Source: Naegleria gruberi (taxonomy: Eukaryota). Taken from it: 64,000 nt of DNA. The stretch lies in assembly GCA_000004985.1 (NCBI GenBank), contig GG738878.1. One strand, written 5' to 3'. This document shows, in pieces, positions 1 through 12,193 of this stretch. The position numbers and the translations under genes were made by a program. Within the stretch, counting starts at the first letter, position 1, and each line of letters opens with the position of its first letter. Under the pieces are notes generated by a model. That model had not been told where the DNA came from. It saw nothing but the letters and a program-made list of their open reading frames with translations, and did no database searches.

Positions 1-194
1 AATAATTTCCTTTCATACTCCTTGGCTAAATTTTCTCCGTATTCATTGGGTTCCACATCCACATCCTCTTCCGAATTTCTAATAAATTGATAATGTTTTT
101 TTAATAATTGCATATCGTTTTGATAGGTCGGAGCTGATGATGCCTCTGGCAGCCTATTCTTTTTTAAAAACTCCTCTCGTCTTGTGTTGTGCAT
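1..194 (-). CDS. 5' part of an unidentified gene (N-terminal ~64 aa; continues beyond the window start)
   Basis: Minus-strand ATG at 194..192 opens a frame that runs to the window edge (MHNTRREEFLKKNRLPEASSAPTYQNDMQLLKKHYQFIRNSEEDVDVEPNEYGENLAKEYERKLF...). Charged, coiled-coil-like composition with no recognisable domain. This ORF was missed by the track because it is truncated. Confidence 0.35.
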   Translation of the reverse strand, partial: MHNTRREEFLKKNRLPEASSAPTYQNDMQLLKKHYQFIRNSEEDVDVEPNEYGENLAKEYERKL

Positions 195-258
195 TTTTTT
201 GTAAAGTTGAATAATTATTGAAAGTGATAATTGTTAATTGTTGGACATTTTCATTGTT

Positions 259-3200
259 TTATTTGTGGTCTAACTTTTGTTTCATCATATCAATGAGCAT
301 ATCAGAGTATTTCTCCAAAATATCCTTCGTTGAAGCTGCATTAATTTGCCAAGCTTTAGAAGAAAATGTAGCAGACATATTCTGCAGCAGTTTTGCAATA
401 GCTTCTTTTGATTTGTTGATGGCTTCTACGTCCTTATTTTCTGAGTTATCCATATGGTCAATTATTGAGAGAGCATGAGTAAAAGAATGGGAAATTTGGT
501 TGAGTTTAAGTACAAGGGTTAGTGGAATATCAGACATGTTTGGAATACTTTCAGTGAGATTAATTCTAGATGTGGTCAAATCGTTAGATGGTAATGTTGG
601 TTGATTTGATGAGGCAGTAGTTGTGGTAGTTGTAGGGATTGAATGGTTATTGATTGTGGTGGAAGATGATGCTGTTGAGGAACTTTGGGTAGATGAAGGT
701 TGGAGAGGTGGAAGATGATTGGTTTTTGGGAGTGGTTTTGGAGGCTGCTTTGATGGTTGACCAATGGCCTTTTTCAAAAATTGTGAGGTGACACTAATTC
801 TTCCATCACCCAAAGGTGCTTCGAAAGGAGCAGAAAGACTTTCAAAATTCTTCATTAAGAAATCCTCTTGTACCTTTGGTTTTTCAGGAGGTTCCATTTC
901 AAGCTTAATTACTGCAGTCTTTTCATCTTCATCATCTGACTCTTGTACGAGCTTGTCTTGAGATACCTTGTTGGCTGCCCTCACTAGGAAATCTGGAGAT
1001 TGTTCAGTATTGAAATAGACTACATCTTCCTCTACTGGATCGTCTGCTTCGTCATTAGAACTTGTTTCATCCTCTATAGCAGCTAATTTAAATTCTTTCT
1101 CATCTGCTCTATCTAACCATTTACTATTCTGAGGCTTTGATTCTACAGAGTTTAGGATTGCATTGATTTCATCACTTGTTTTGGTTTTCTTTTGTTTTGC
1201 CCATAATGGTAGTAATGTATCACGTGTTGATAACTCGACAGTGTGTTGAGGACTTTCAGGCATGAGATTTTTTGGTAATATGCTTTCGAATGGCTTATTC
1301 TTATTCAAAAGTTTGGTAATGTTAGGGGAGAGTCTCCACACAAAAATACATCCATCCCCTGATACTGAGATGATTCTTTTAGAGTCTTTGGAAAATTTTA
1401 CACCAGTTATGATTTCTGAATGACCACATACTCTCGATAAGCATTCACCTGTCTGCAAGTTGTAAAGCCTGATATATTTATCAGCAGAGCTGATAACAGC
1501 AAACTCTCCAGAATAGTCGCAACAAACTCTGATAGGTTCAGCTGATGGAAGATAGCTGTCAGCGGTTGATCTAGTGTCAACCTTAAAGCTTTGTTTAGAT
1601 TTGCACTTGTCTAACTCCCAAACACTAATCTTCTTATCCTGTCCAACTGATACAATTTCGTTTGTCTTGCTTACATCCAAATCAAAAATGGTTCCATTCG
1701 ATTGACTATTTTGATATCTTCTGAAAGTATATTCACCATTTGGATCTCTTTCAATCTTTCTAAATACAATAGATTTATCAGCACTGCAGCTGATAAGATA
1801 TCTGAAATTTTCATCCTTTGTAAATCTCACAGAAGTAACAGATGCCGTATGATCATCAAGGGAGGTTACCAATTTGAATAAGGAATTCTTGTATTGGAAA
1901 ATGTGAATAAGTCTATCTCTGCTACTTGTAGCAAATAGGATATCTGTAGAATCTTCAGGGTTCACACTAAAATCCATAGATAAAATTTCAGAGTCGTGAG
2001 CTACTTCAGAATATTCAATGGAAAAGTTTGTTGTTTGAAATATTTTGAGAACACCTTGTCTACTTCCGCAACCTATAAGATTACCATCCTCAGAAAACCT
2101 CACACTTCTTATTCCTTGTTCTCCATTAGGATTTGAAGGTTTATCCTCAATTGCGTGTAGCAAGTCCTTACAGAAAACATTTTTAGAAATGAAAGACTCT
2201 CCTCTTTCAATCTTTTCAGTGAGAGAAGTACTAGCTTCCACATTCCAAACTCTAACAGTATTATCACTCGAACAAGTAACAAATGATCCATGAGGTAAAA
2301 GTGAATTATTTTCAGGAAATAGATCAATATCCCAAATAGAATCACTGTGAGAAAGGAAACTTCTGTACTTGGCTATTCTTTGCAAATTACTAATGTCCCA
2401 AATAAAGAAGGATCTGTCACTGTAGACTGCACATACCTGTCGTGAATCAAGAAGTCTGCAAGCCACACAATTAATATCGTTTGAGTAGGACATTCCAGTG
2501 GTTAGTGGTGGTTTTGGTAATGTGCATTTGAATTTAAGGCTGGTTGGCTCAAACAGACGAACTGTTCCATTTGCACATCCACAACAAATAATATCTTCAT
2601 TGACACTAAGCGAGAATGCTGCTTTAACTTTCATATCCAGCCATTTAAGAATCTGTCTATTTTCGTTTAGTAAACACAAAATTCCATCCGAATTAACTGT
2701 ATACACCCCAGTTGACCCATCCTTGTGTTTCACTATATCAACACTAACAAAATTAGATTCCTTAAAATTCCCCAGAATACACCTAGATGTTTTTACCTCC
2801 ATACTACCATTTGGTTGTTGTTCAATTTGATGATATTTTACAAACTTGTCTCCAACTGTTACAAAAAATGCTCCATCATGTGAAAATGCAACATCATTGG
2901 TCTTTGGAATATCAGTAAATCTAATTATTCGAATTGAATACTTACCTTTCTAATATTTTTGATAGTATGTACAAGACTTCCTTTTTGAGAAGAAGCAGAA
3001 GATAATGTTGAAGCGTTAACACTTTGATTCATATTGGCAGAGAGATCCCACAACTTGATGGTACCATCATTTTCATCCCCAACACTGACAATATATTTTG
3101 CATCATTTGAAAATGCTAAAGAAGTAATTCCATATGAATGATTATCTTTCTTGAGCTCTATAGTTTTCTTTCCTGTTAAAACATCCCATATTACAATAGA

Positions 3201-3593
3201 TGGTTTTGATCCTTTTTCACCTGCTGCCAATAGTTTCCCATTCCTACTGAATTGAAGACAAGAGAAGGTTTTGTTTGATGATGAATTTTGTAAGAATTGA
3301 TATTGTTTGTTCTTTCTTGGATTGTAGCAAACTACCACATTTGCCGAACAATAGGCAACATATTTTGTTTGTGGATGAACTGAAAGCTTTGAATTAGAGT
3401 CGGTTGTTAAACCAATAATTTTTTCCAAAGTTATTCTAGAGCCACCCGATTGTGATGGTTGTGAATTTGATGATGCAGCTACACTTTGTTTTCGCTTCTT
3501 TGATGATTGACTAATGGATCCGCTACCACTTTGTGTGATCGTTCGTTTCAGAGAGGTTGGAGTGGCAGAAGGATGCGGTTGAGGACCAATCAT
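259..3593 (-). CDS. WD40 scaffold protein, MAPKBP1/WDR62-like (two exons: 2946..3593 and 259..2901; ~44-nt intron 2902..2945)
   Basis: The 222-aa and 847-aa minus ORFs are collinear with the MAPKBP1/WDR62 N-terminal WD40 region. Matching stretches include VVCYNPRKNKQYQFLQNSS..PSIVIWDV..KYIVSVGDEN, VTVGDKFVKYHQIE and IICCGCANGTVRLFEPTSLKF. Donor AAG|GTAAGT lies at 2945 on the minus strand, the acceptor is ..CCAAAG|ACC, and the frame is preserved (..NIRK|TNDVAFSHDGAFFVTVGDKF..). The C-terminal half is S/T/P-rich low complexity. Confidence 0.8.
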
Positions 3594-3821
3594 GATTTTT
3601 TTTAAAGTTGTTTTTTATTTAAATTTTGGCGCCAACTTTTTTAACGAATGGATTGCATTCAAAATTGTTGAAAATATCAAGTTCTGCATTTAGCATAGGA
3701 GATTGGAATTCAAACCAGCACCATTCGAATGAAAACTTTTTAATTGGAAATATTTCACAATTTGTTTAAAAAATATTAAATTACAAATAAGAATAATAAA
3801 AAAATATTATATTGAAATAGA

Positions 3822-4829
3822 TTACATGTTAGTTGATTGATAAGATTTGTTATCCTTCTTTCTTTCTTCCAAAAGACATTCAACATAGGCCTGAAGAGTA
3901 CGAGAAATATCTCTACCATGTGGAGTAGCAAATTGGAACTTTTGTTTGGACAAGACTCCTGAAACGAAAGCAAAAGCATTTCTCTTATAGGCCCATGAAT
4001 AGATATCTGAATAACGTTGAGTAAGAATTGGTTCCTTGGTTCCTAACTTTAACAATTGAATTCCATTAGAATTGACTGCAAGAATAACTTGATCAGGTAA
4101 ATTTGCTTGATCCTTATTAACAGTTTGTACAGTCCAGAAAGTACTTCCATAAAAACTCCAATTACGAACATAATTCAAGTAGTGCAACATGGCATCTTCC
4201 TTCTTTAAACCAATCAAACGAGCATGTTCTTGGAAGACATCCTTTTCCCAATCTTCTAATTTACGATTTGATTGAAGGAGAGGAGCAGGAATAAAACGAC
4301 CAATCTTATCCTTCAAAAAACCTTGAATGTGTTTCTTCTTATTGTGATCACCAAAAGTAACTTGCATATTAAGACCAGCTAATTCAATAGCAGCCGATTG
4401 ACTACATGGATAAGTACCATCTCGAACATCAGCAACAGCTTGAATAAAACTATAATTCAAAAACTTTTCTTGTTCACGTGGAATTGCCTTGTGCTTTAAA
4501 AAGACTCTTCTCTTGAATACTAATTTAGAGTCCTTCTCCCAGTCTTTCTTTAATTTTTCCCATTCTTGTTTATCATTCACATACTTTTGAAAGTCTGCAT
4601 CAGAACCAACAGTTTCATAGACCATCAATTTGCACGGTTGTTCATCATCATCTAAACATCTACACTCTCCGTTCTTGTAGAAAAAGAGCGCAAAAGTTTC
4701 ACGTTGTTCCAATTCAATCTTATCAGCGACAACAATTGATAAATCACGAGCACTGATGGTTGGACTAACGGCAATGGTTTTGAAGGAATCATCTACAAAG
4801 TAGACACGAATAACTAATTTAGAATCCAT
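3822..4829 (-). CDS. FERM-domain protein (ubiquitin-like F1, acyl-CoA-binding-like F2, PTB-like F3)
   Basis: 335-aa single ORF. The ubiquitin-like start is MDSKLVIRVYFVDDSFKTIAVSPTISARDL. The F2 lobe is ..AMLHYLNYVRNWSFYGSTFW... The F3 lobe is ..QRYSDIYSWAYKRNAFAFVSGVLSKQKFQFATPHGRDI... An AT-rich 5' flank follows the ATG. Confidence 0.65.
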   Translation of the reverse strand: MDSKLVIRVYFVDDSFKTIAVSPTISARDLSIVVADKIELEQRETFALFFYKNGECRCLDDDEQPCKLMVYETVGSDADFQKYVNDKQEWEKLKKDWEKDSKLVFKRRVFLKHKAIPREQEKFLNYSFIQAVADVRDGTYPCSQSAAIELAGLNMQVTFGDHNKKKHIQGFLKDKIGRFIPAPLLQSNRKLEDWEKDVFQEHARLIGLKKEDAMLHYLNYVRNWSFYGSTFWTVQTVNKDQANLPDQVILAVNSNGIQLLKLGTKEPILTQRYSDIYSWAYKRNAFAFVSGVLSKQKFQFATPHGRDISRTLQAYVECLLEERKKDNKSYQSTNM

Positions 4830-5326
4830 TATTGTTTGTTATTTATATATTAATATTAATAGTATGAGGATGTTAATGTTGATGGGAAATTTTGATGAAA
4901 GTGTGTTGTTGTTTTAGTAGTAAAATAAAATTGTTGTGATTATTACTAATAGGATGATGTTGGTAACACTTTGATCAATTTTTTTTGTGATGAGTTGACA
5001 TTTGACAGTAAAATGACTCATCCATAGTTCTTCAAGTGACTAAACGTTATTGCCATTGTTATTTGTATGGCAAGGTGTGATCTTTATCCTTCACTGACTA
5101 AAACAACGTCTCTTTGTAAATTACATAATTCAACACTTTACAATGTTCAATAATTAAGTAAATGTTTATAATGAAATTACAAATATGAATATGCTTTGTT
5201 ATTGTTACTTGTCATATTCTATTTTTATTTTAAAAAAAAATATGAAACAATTTTATGTAGGTTTTTTGGGCATGAACCTCTGATTAAGATGATCATCAAT
5301 TAAAGAGTGCAGGAAATAATGCAAGT

Positions 5327-6452
5327 ATGCAATTGGCTCGGGTTGCTGATGTGAATGATCGTCAAGTATTTAAGCCTTGTACGTTGATTGATGATCAGGA
5401 GAGAGTTTTGAGGATGTATTGTGGTCGTTCTCATGTTCTCTATGAAAGTAAGTTGTTGTCTCTTTTGAAATATTGGATCTAACTATGTATTCCGAAATTT
5501 GTTCATATTTGTGCACATTCATATTTAAATAATTATTATATATTTAGCTAGGGACGGATCTTTGATAAGTTTTGGAAGAAACGACTATGGTCAATGTTCC
5601 ATTCATGAAAAGGAGGTTAATCGTCCTGTGCCAGCACTGTATAAAACCCGAACAGGTGCTGTTCAGCAAGTCAAATATCCAAAGTTTTTCTCAACTGGGT
5701 GGTTTCATTCATTGTTGGTAAAGGATGAAAGATTGTATGCTTGTGGATACTTTTCATATTCCCCAATGAGTGGTCATGTTATATTTAATGATGTGACAGA
5801 TATTGTGATTAAGGTACCATTTAAAGAGATTACATTTGTGGGTTCTGGAGATCATGTTTGTACAATAGTTGTTGATAATTGTAGAATTATTCAAATGAAT
5901 ACGAATTTAGAGGTATATAATGTAGATAATTTGAGAGAAATATGTGCATACAAGAGTGGATTTTGCTATATTTCTACAGGTGGAGTAATATATCAACCTG
6001 AGGGTAACAATATTGTACAAGCAAAGGAATATTCGAGTTTTGGATGCTATGACTTGAGGACGACAGCAGTTGGCGGTTTTTCCTTCAAATCAAGAAAATT
6101 GGAAAAGTCTATCATTGGAACAGATGAATATTCACTGGATTGCAATGTCTACTCATCATTTTGCTCACATTTTGTCTATAATACGAAAGAGAGAAAATTA
6201 TATGCGTACGGTTCCAATAGTGATCATCAACTTGGAGTAGGCACAGCAAGTGCTGCTAAAGGTTCGGAGGTTTCCTCAATTAATCAAATTCTTTCAGATA
6301 ATTCCAACTGGGATATTTTAGATATTCATTCTGGATGTGATTTCACAATTATTTCAATAGGAGTTCCATACTCGAAGAATGTCATTAGATTTAAAAATAA
6401 CTTATTGAAGAACGCTAATGCATCATTGCTGACTGATGTCAAGTTTCTCTAA
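5327..6452 (+). CDS. RCC1-like repeat (beta-propeller) protein; exons 5327..5447 and 5548..6452
   Basis: Exon 1 is MQLARVADVNDRQVFKPCTLIDDQERVLRMYCGRSHVLYE and ends GAA A|GTAAGT. The 100-nt intron ends TATTTAG at 5547. Exon 2 continues in phase (..TRDGSLISFGRNDYGQCS..). RCC1 signatures GRNDYGQCS and YGSNSDHQLGVGT are present. Confidence 0.6.
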
Positions 6453-6689
6453 GTATCTATATGGTTAGTGTGAAAAAGAACTTGGTTTGTAAACTATTCT
6501 TTAGCAGTGAAAACCAAATCCAGATGCAAATGGTCTGTCATTTAGTACAAAATCCTCAATTCCCCAATATATATTTTCAGATTCAAAGTGAATATTTCCA
6601 ACTTCTTCAACCTTTCTTATTTCCCATATATTAGCAGAATTAATTATTAAGGAAAATTTTAAAAAACATTCTTTTAAAATTAAACAAAA

Positions 6690-9600
6690 ATGTTGCACGC
6701 TTTCCACAAGCCTCTGCAAGTAAACAGAAATGGAACACAAATATTCCTATTGTTGTGTACAAAAAAGAAGCCGATAGCAACAAGAACGTTCGCGAATACT
6801 TTTATATTGTCCTCGTCGGTTCCTTCTAAAGAGTTGTTGTGGAACAAGAACATTTCCATTGATGATAAAATTAAATTCTACAGAACATTTAAAACAAATA
6901 ATCATGATTTATTGGAAATGATTGACATTTGCTTGCTGGTGGCAAATTGTTGTTCCATGATGAAGAGTGAGAAGGAATTTAAAGAGTGTTTATTGGATTT
7001 AAAAAGTTATTGTTCACAATTAAGCGATCAAACAGAAAAAAAAGTGAATGAAAAATCATGGAATTTTATAATTCAACATTTTTGTAAAGAACAAACATTT
7101 CATTCCTATGCCATTTATCTATTTAAAAGAGTTATGCAAGAGAAACAATTAGCATGTCCCAATTTATTTACATTAACTGCCATACTTAAAGTTTGCTCTG
7201 TAGGTAATACCCAAGTTGAATTTTGTGAACAAATTGTTAATGAATTAGAGCAACATGGCGCAATGAATGTATTTTTATACACTCACTTTATTAATAATTG
7301 TATTTGGAATGATGATTTGGAAAGAGCATTAGCAATTGTGTTGAATATGAAAGGCAAAGATATTGAACCAAACTATGCAATTTATATCCCACTTTTAAAA
7401 GCAGCCACTGTTAAGAAAAACATTCAAGTTGGAATGACACTTTACCAACTTGTAAAAAAGAGTAATTTAGCAAGTCCTCAATTATCAACGACAATTATAT
7501 CATTTGCATTGAAATTAAGAAAACCAGAGTTGGTAATAGAAGAAATTGAATTAGTGAAACAACAAAAATGGATGACAATCATAACATGGAATAGTTTAAT
7601 TCAAGCATATATTCAAGAGAACAATATTAAGAAAGCGATTGATGTTATTCATGAAATGAAAGATAATGGTATTTGTCCAGATTCGGCAACTTTTAACATT
7701 CTCATAACAGCTTGTGCTAATACCAAGTTATTTGCAGAAGGAAAGTTGATTCACAAAATTACAACTAACACTTTGAAAGATAATTGCTCTGTTGAACTAT
7801 TGACATCCATTATTAATTTTTATACAAAATGTGGACATCCAGAGATTGCAATCAACGAATGTGAAAAGATGAAATCAAAGGGATTAATGAATGTTGTTTC
7901 TTTTACATGTCTAGTTGAAGCATACATTCAAATAAATGAAATACAAAAAGCCATCGACACAGTTACTGAAATGAAACAATTCAAGGTTACTCCAAACGCT
8001 ACCACATTCTCCATTTTGCTTACCGCATGCGCTAAGTTGAAATTATATAAGGAGGGAATATTGATTCACAAAATTGCAAATAATACTTTGAGAGATAATA
8101 GCTCTCTTAAACTTTTGACATCAATTATTAATTTTTACACAAAATGTGGACATCCAGATATTGCAATTAATGAATGTAAAAAGATATCAAAAAGTATTAT
8201 GGATGGAATTGTTTAATTCAAGCATATATTCAAAATAAGGAAGTTCGACAGGCAATTGAAATAATCACAGAAATGCAAGATTATGGTGTTGAACCAAACT
8301 CTACCACTTTTAACATTTTACTCACAGCGTGTGCTGATTCAAAATTGTTTGAAGAAGGAAAGGCAATTCACAAACTTGCAACTGGCACCTTGAAAGATTA
8401 CTCTTCTGAACTTTTAGCATCTATTGTCAACTTTTACACAAAATGTGGACATCCAGAAACAGCCATTAAGGAATGTGAACAATTGAAATCGAAAGGATTA
8501 ATGAACAATATTGTTTGGAATTGTTTAATTCAAGCATATATTCAAAATAAGGAAGTTCGACAGGCAATTGAAGTAATCACAGAAATGCAAGATTATGGTA
8601 TTGAACCAAACTCTACCACTTTTAACATTTTACTTAAAGCATGTGCTGATTCAAAATTATTTGAAGAAGGTAAATTACTGCATCAAGCATCTGGTCAAGT
8701 GCTCAATAATCCTACAATAGAGTTGAACAATAGTATAATTAATTTTTACACAAAATGCGGACATCCAATAATAGCTATTGATCAATTTGAAAAGATGAAA
8801 ACCAAAGGATTTGAGGCAAATGTTATTACTTGGACGTGTTTAATTCAAGCACACGTTCAAAATAAGGAAGTTCGACAGGCAATTGAAGTAATCACAGAAA
8901 TGCAAGATTACGGTATTGAACCAAACTCTACCACTTTTAACATTTTACTCACAGCGTGTGCTGATTCAAAATTATTTGAAGAAGGTAAATTGATTCACGA
9001 ACAAGCAATAGAAAATGTTAAAGATTGCTCTACTGAACTTTTGACATCAATTATTAATTTTTACACAAAATGTGGACATCCAGAAACTGCCATAAAGGAA
9101 TGTGAAAAATTGAAATTGAAGGGATTAATGAACAATGTTGCTGTTTGGAATTGTTTAATTCAAGCACATATTCAAAACAATGAGGTCCAAAAGGCAATTG
9201 AAATAATCACAGAAATGCAACAATTTGGATTGAACCCTGATTCTACAACCTATACTATTATACTTAAGGCATGTACTGATTCAAACTTGTTTGAAGAAGG
9301 GAAGTTTATTCATGAACAAGCAATAGAAAATGTTAAAGATTGCTCTACTGAACTTTTGACATCAATTATTAGTTTTTATACAAAATGTGGACATCCAGAG
9401 GTGTCAATTGGAGAATGTGAAAAATTACAATCGAAGGGATTAATGAACAACATTGCTGTTTGGAATTGTTTAATTCAAGCACATATTCAAAATAACGAAG
9501 TTCAAAAATCAATTAAAATAATCACAGAAATGCAAGATTATGGTATTGAACCAAACTCTACCACTTTTAACATTTTACTCACAGCGTGTGCTGATTCAAA

Positions 9601-11038
9601 ATTATTTGAAGAAGGAAAGGCAATCCACAAACTTGCAACTGGCACCTTGAAAGATTACTCTGCTGAACTTTTAGCATCTATTGTCAACTTTTACACAAAA
9701 TGTGGACATCCAGAGGTTTCAATTGAGGAATGTGAACAATTGAAATCAAAGGGATTAATGAACAATGTTGCTATTTGGAATTGTTTAATTCAAGCACATA
9801 TTCAAAATACAACAAATACCCAAAACCCATCTACAATAGAATATGGACTGAACAAAGCAATGGTGGTTTTTAATGAGATGAAGGAACATATTGAACCCGA
9901 TAAGATAACCTACCTCATATTGTTGGCTGGATGTGGAGAATATGTTGCGAGAAAGATGGGACTGGATATTATTGATGAACTCAAACTAAAAGGAATGGAT
10001 GTTCATGAGGAGATAGTCAGTGTTATGATCTACTTTTATTCAAGAATTGCTTATCAATCAACTGCACAACAACTATTTGAAAAGCTTGTCGAAGAATCAG
10101 CCCAAAAACGTCTATCCATCATAACATATAATAACATGTTGTCATGTTACGCTCAACATGGAAAAGGAACACAAGCCATGAATTTATTTAATGAAATGGT
10201 TGATAAGAACGTTGAAATGAACGAGCAAACATTCACAATCATGCTGAACACATTTTCACATTGTGGAATGATTGATGAGGCGAATCAACTTTATGGAGAA
10301 ATGAAGACAAAATACAACCATAATCCATCAGTAATTGTAGACTGTGTAATGGTTGATGTCTTTGCCCGTTCAGGAAGATTTCATGAGGCAGAAAAAATAA
10401 TTAACGAAAGAATGAATTATTCTTTGTGGAGTGCTCTACTGGCAGGATGTAGAAAGTTCAATAATGTTGAGCTTGGTGAAAAGGTTTTTAAAATATTGCT
10501 TAGTATTGATGAAAAAAAAGCTCCACCATATATATTATTATCGAACATTTATACTTATTATGGGTTGAATGAAAAAGCTGACAATATAAGACAATTAATG
10601 ATTGAAAATGGAATTAAAAAGATACCAGGAATTGTGTATCAGGAAGAAGATGGTAAATCATACCAATTTGTTTCTGGATCAAAAAAATATGAAAGATTTA
10701 AGGAAATTGAGAAAATGAGAGAGGAGATTTACAGAAAAATAATCCAAGCTGGTTTTGAGCCAGATACTAGATGGGTAACTAACTCAAAATTATTAACTGA
10801 AGAAGAAAAATTAGATTCACTTTGTAGACATGCTGAGAAGACAGCAACAGCTCATGCATTTGTTTTGAATCCAAAGAGAAAATCAATTATTTTAGCGGCA
10901 AATCTTCGTGTTTGCAATGATTGTCATACTGCCACAGAATTCATTTCAAAAGTGATGGATGTTGAAATAATTATTAGAGATGCAAATAGATATCACCATT
11001 TTAAAGATGGTAAATGTAGTTGTGACGGATATTGGTAA
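6690..11038 (+). CDS. PLS-class pentatricopeptide repeat protein with C-terminal E/E+/DYW cytidine-deaminase-like domain (organellar C-to-U RNA editing factor type). The frame is interrupted at ~8200-8272; annotated as ORFs 6690..8216 and 8273..11038.
   Basis: There are at least 8 tandem ~104-aa units, each three PPR motifs (..WNCLIQAYIQNKEVRQAIEVITEMQDYGIEPNSTTFNILL..FYTKCGHPE..). The C-terminus has a PG-box/E motif (IPGIVYQEEDGKSYQFVSGSKKY) followed by DYW: HAEK..LRVCNDCHTATEFISK..IIIRDANRYHHFKDGKCSCDGYW. This gives the HxE...CxxCH zinc/deaminase signature and the terminal D-G-Y-W. At 8190-8230 an ~10-nt deletion relative to paralogous units (aaaagtattatggatggaattgtttaattcaagc versus aaaggattaatgaacaatattgtttggaattgtttaattcaagc) shifts the frame. 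Confidence 0.85.
7580..9790 (+). repeat. Intragenic tandem repeat, period ~312-315 bp (one PPR triplet per unit), >=7 copies, many >90% identical at nucleotide level
   Basis: The motif tggaattgtttaattcaagc recurs at about 8216, 8517, 8831, 9146, 9458 and 9777. The unit at 8273-8520 is almost identical to the unit at 9530-9780, an ~1.26-kb higher-order duplication. Confidence 0.85.
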
Positions 11039-11224
11039 GGAGGATCAGATCTAGCATGACAATAGGTGCATAAATGAATCATGTTATTAAGACTGAACAC
11101 TACAAACTATCGATGTTATTGGAATAGCATAACAGACAATTTTCAATATTGATATTGGCATCGTTTTTGGAACGAACATAATTAGTTTTTAGGAATGCGA
11201 AACTGAACTAGTTCAGAAATTACT

Positions 11225-11911
11225 TTAATCATCAAAGTAGCACATTTCTCCCTCTTTGAACTGGTCATATCCCAGAGAAACACAATATCCTTTTGAAGAA
11301 TAATCTTTGAATGTCTCAACATCTTGAACATTATACACAGTCTTTTTACACTCCTTACAAAAACTTTCATTTGACCAAGTATCCTCTAACATGCTGAATT
11401 GTAATGGGCACTTGTAAATATATTCACAATTCTCAATAAAACTAATATTACTCAAACTTTTGTCTTCATCATTCCATGTTTCAGATGGAATTCTGAAATC
11501 ATTACCATGAATCTTAATGTGAGCTTTTCTCCTTCTCAAAACATGCATCCAATTCTTAATGTTAAGTGCCTTTTCGAATCTTGGAAAATAGAAACAAACT
11601 AAAGGTTTCCAGATATGAGTTTGAACATAATGAAAATCTACACTTTCATCATTTACAGGCTTTTCAATTTTCTTTTCTCTCGGCTCTTGATTAAAAAGTA
11701 TTTTCAAATGTGCAGAATTTGCTTGTGAAAAACCAACCAGCTCTCCCAATTGACAATACATGGCAATGTGAATAATTAATTCGCTAGGTATTTGGCTCCA
11801 TAACGAAGGATTATTGTCGGAATCTGCTAGTTTTGTAGAGAGATTTGTGTCGGTAACATGAGACAATTTCAGTGTTAAATGTTTAATTGTAACAAAAGGA
11901 ACAAGATTCAA
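11225..11911 (-). CDS. hypothetical protein with N-terminal F-box-like motif and Cys-rich C-terminus
   Basis: 228-aa single ORF. The F-box-like stretch is LWSQIPSELIIHIAMYCQLGELVGFSQANSAHLKI. The C-terminus has spaced cysteines (CKECKK..C..C). No other domain was recognised. Confidence 0.4.
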   Translation of the reverse strand: MNLVPFVTIKHLTLKLSHVTDTNLSTKLADSDNNPSLWSQIPSELIIHIAMYCQLGELVGFSQANSAHLKILFNQEPREKKIEKPVNDESVDFHYVQTHIWKPLVCFYFPRFEKALNIKNWMHVLRRRKAHIKIHGNDFRIPSETWNDEDKSLSNISFIENCEYIYKCPLQFSMLEDTWSNESFCKECKKTVYNVQDVETFKDYSSKGYCVSLGYDQFKEGEMCYFDD

Positions 11912-12193
11912 AAGTTCATCTTGATTGTAGTGTGTTAGGAGAGTTATTCAGCAATTGCCCTCCCAATCACCTCAAGAACTTTAGCATTAATTCTCCCAAG
12001 ATTCGTCTATGGGAATAGTGTTTGTTGTATCGAGTGCGGTTCAGAAAATTGTTCAATTGGGAATTGTTTTCTTTGCTCTGCCTGGTCTAGGCCATTCTCA
12101 ATAATGGGAATTTCATATTTGCAATCATGCCACTTGCACATTAGATTTTCAAATGTTTAAGTTCTTTAATGAAATATCAAAAATTAAAAAAAA

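Noticed and set aside
576-2345. Short ORFs 576..764(-), 764..961(+), 2045..2293(+), 2109..2345(-)
   Set aside because: All lie inside the MAPKBP1/WDR62-like coding exon in other frames or on the other strand.
6453-6740. 79-aa minus ORF 6501..6740 between the RCC1 and PPR genes
   Set aside because: It is short, overlaps the PPR gene start, and has no recognisable features.
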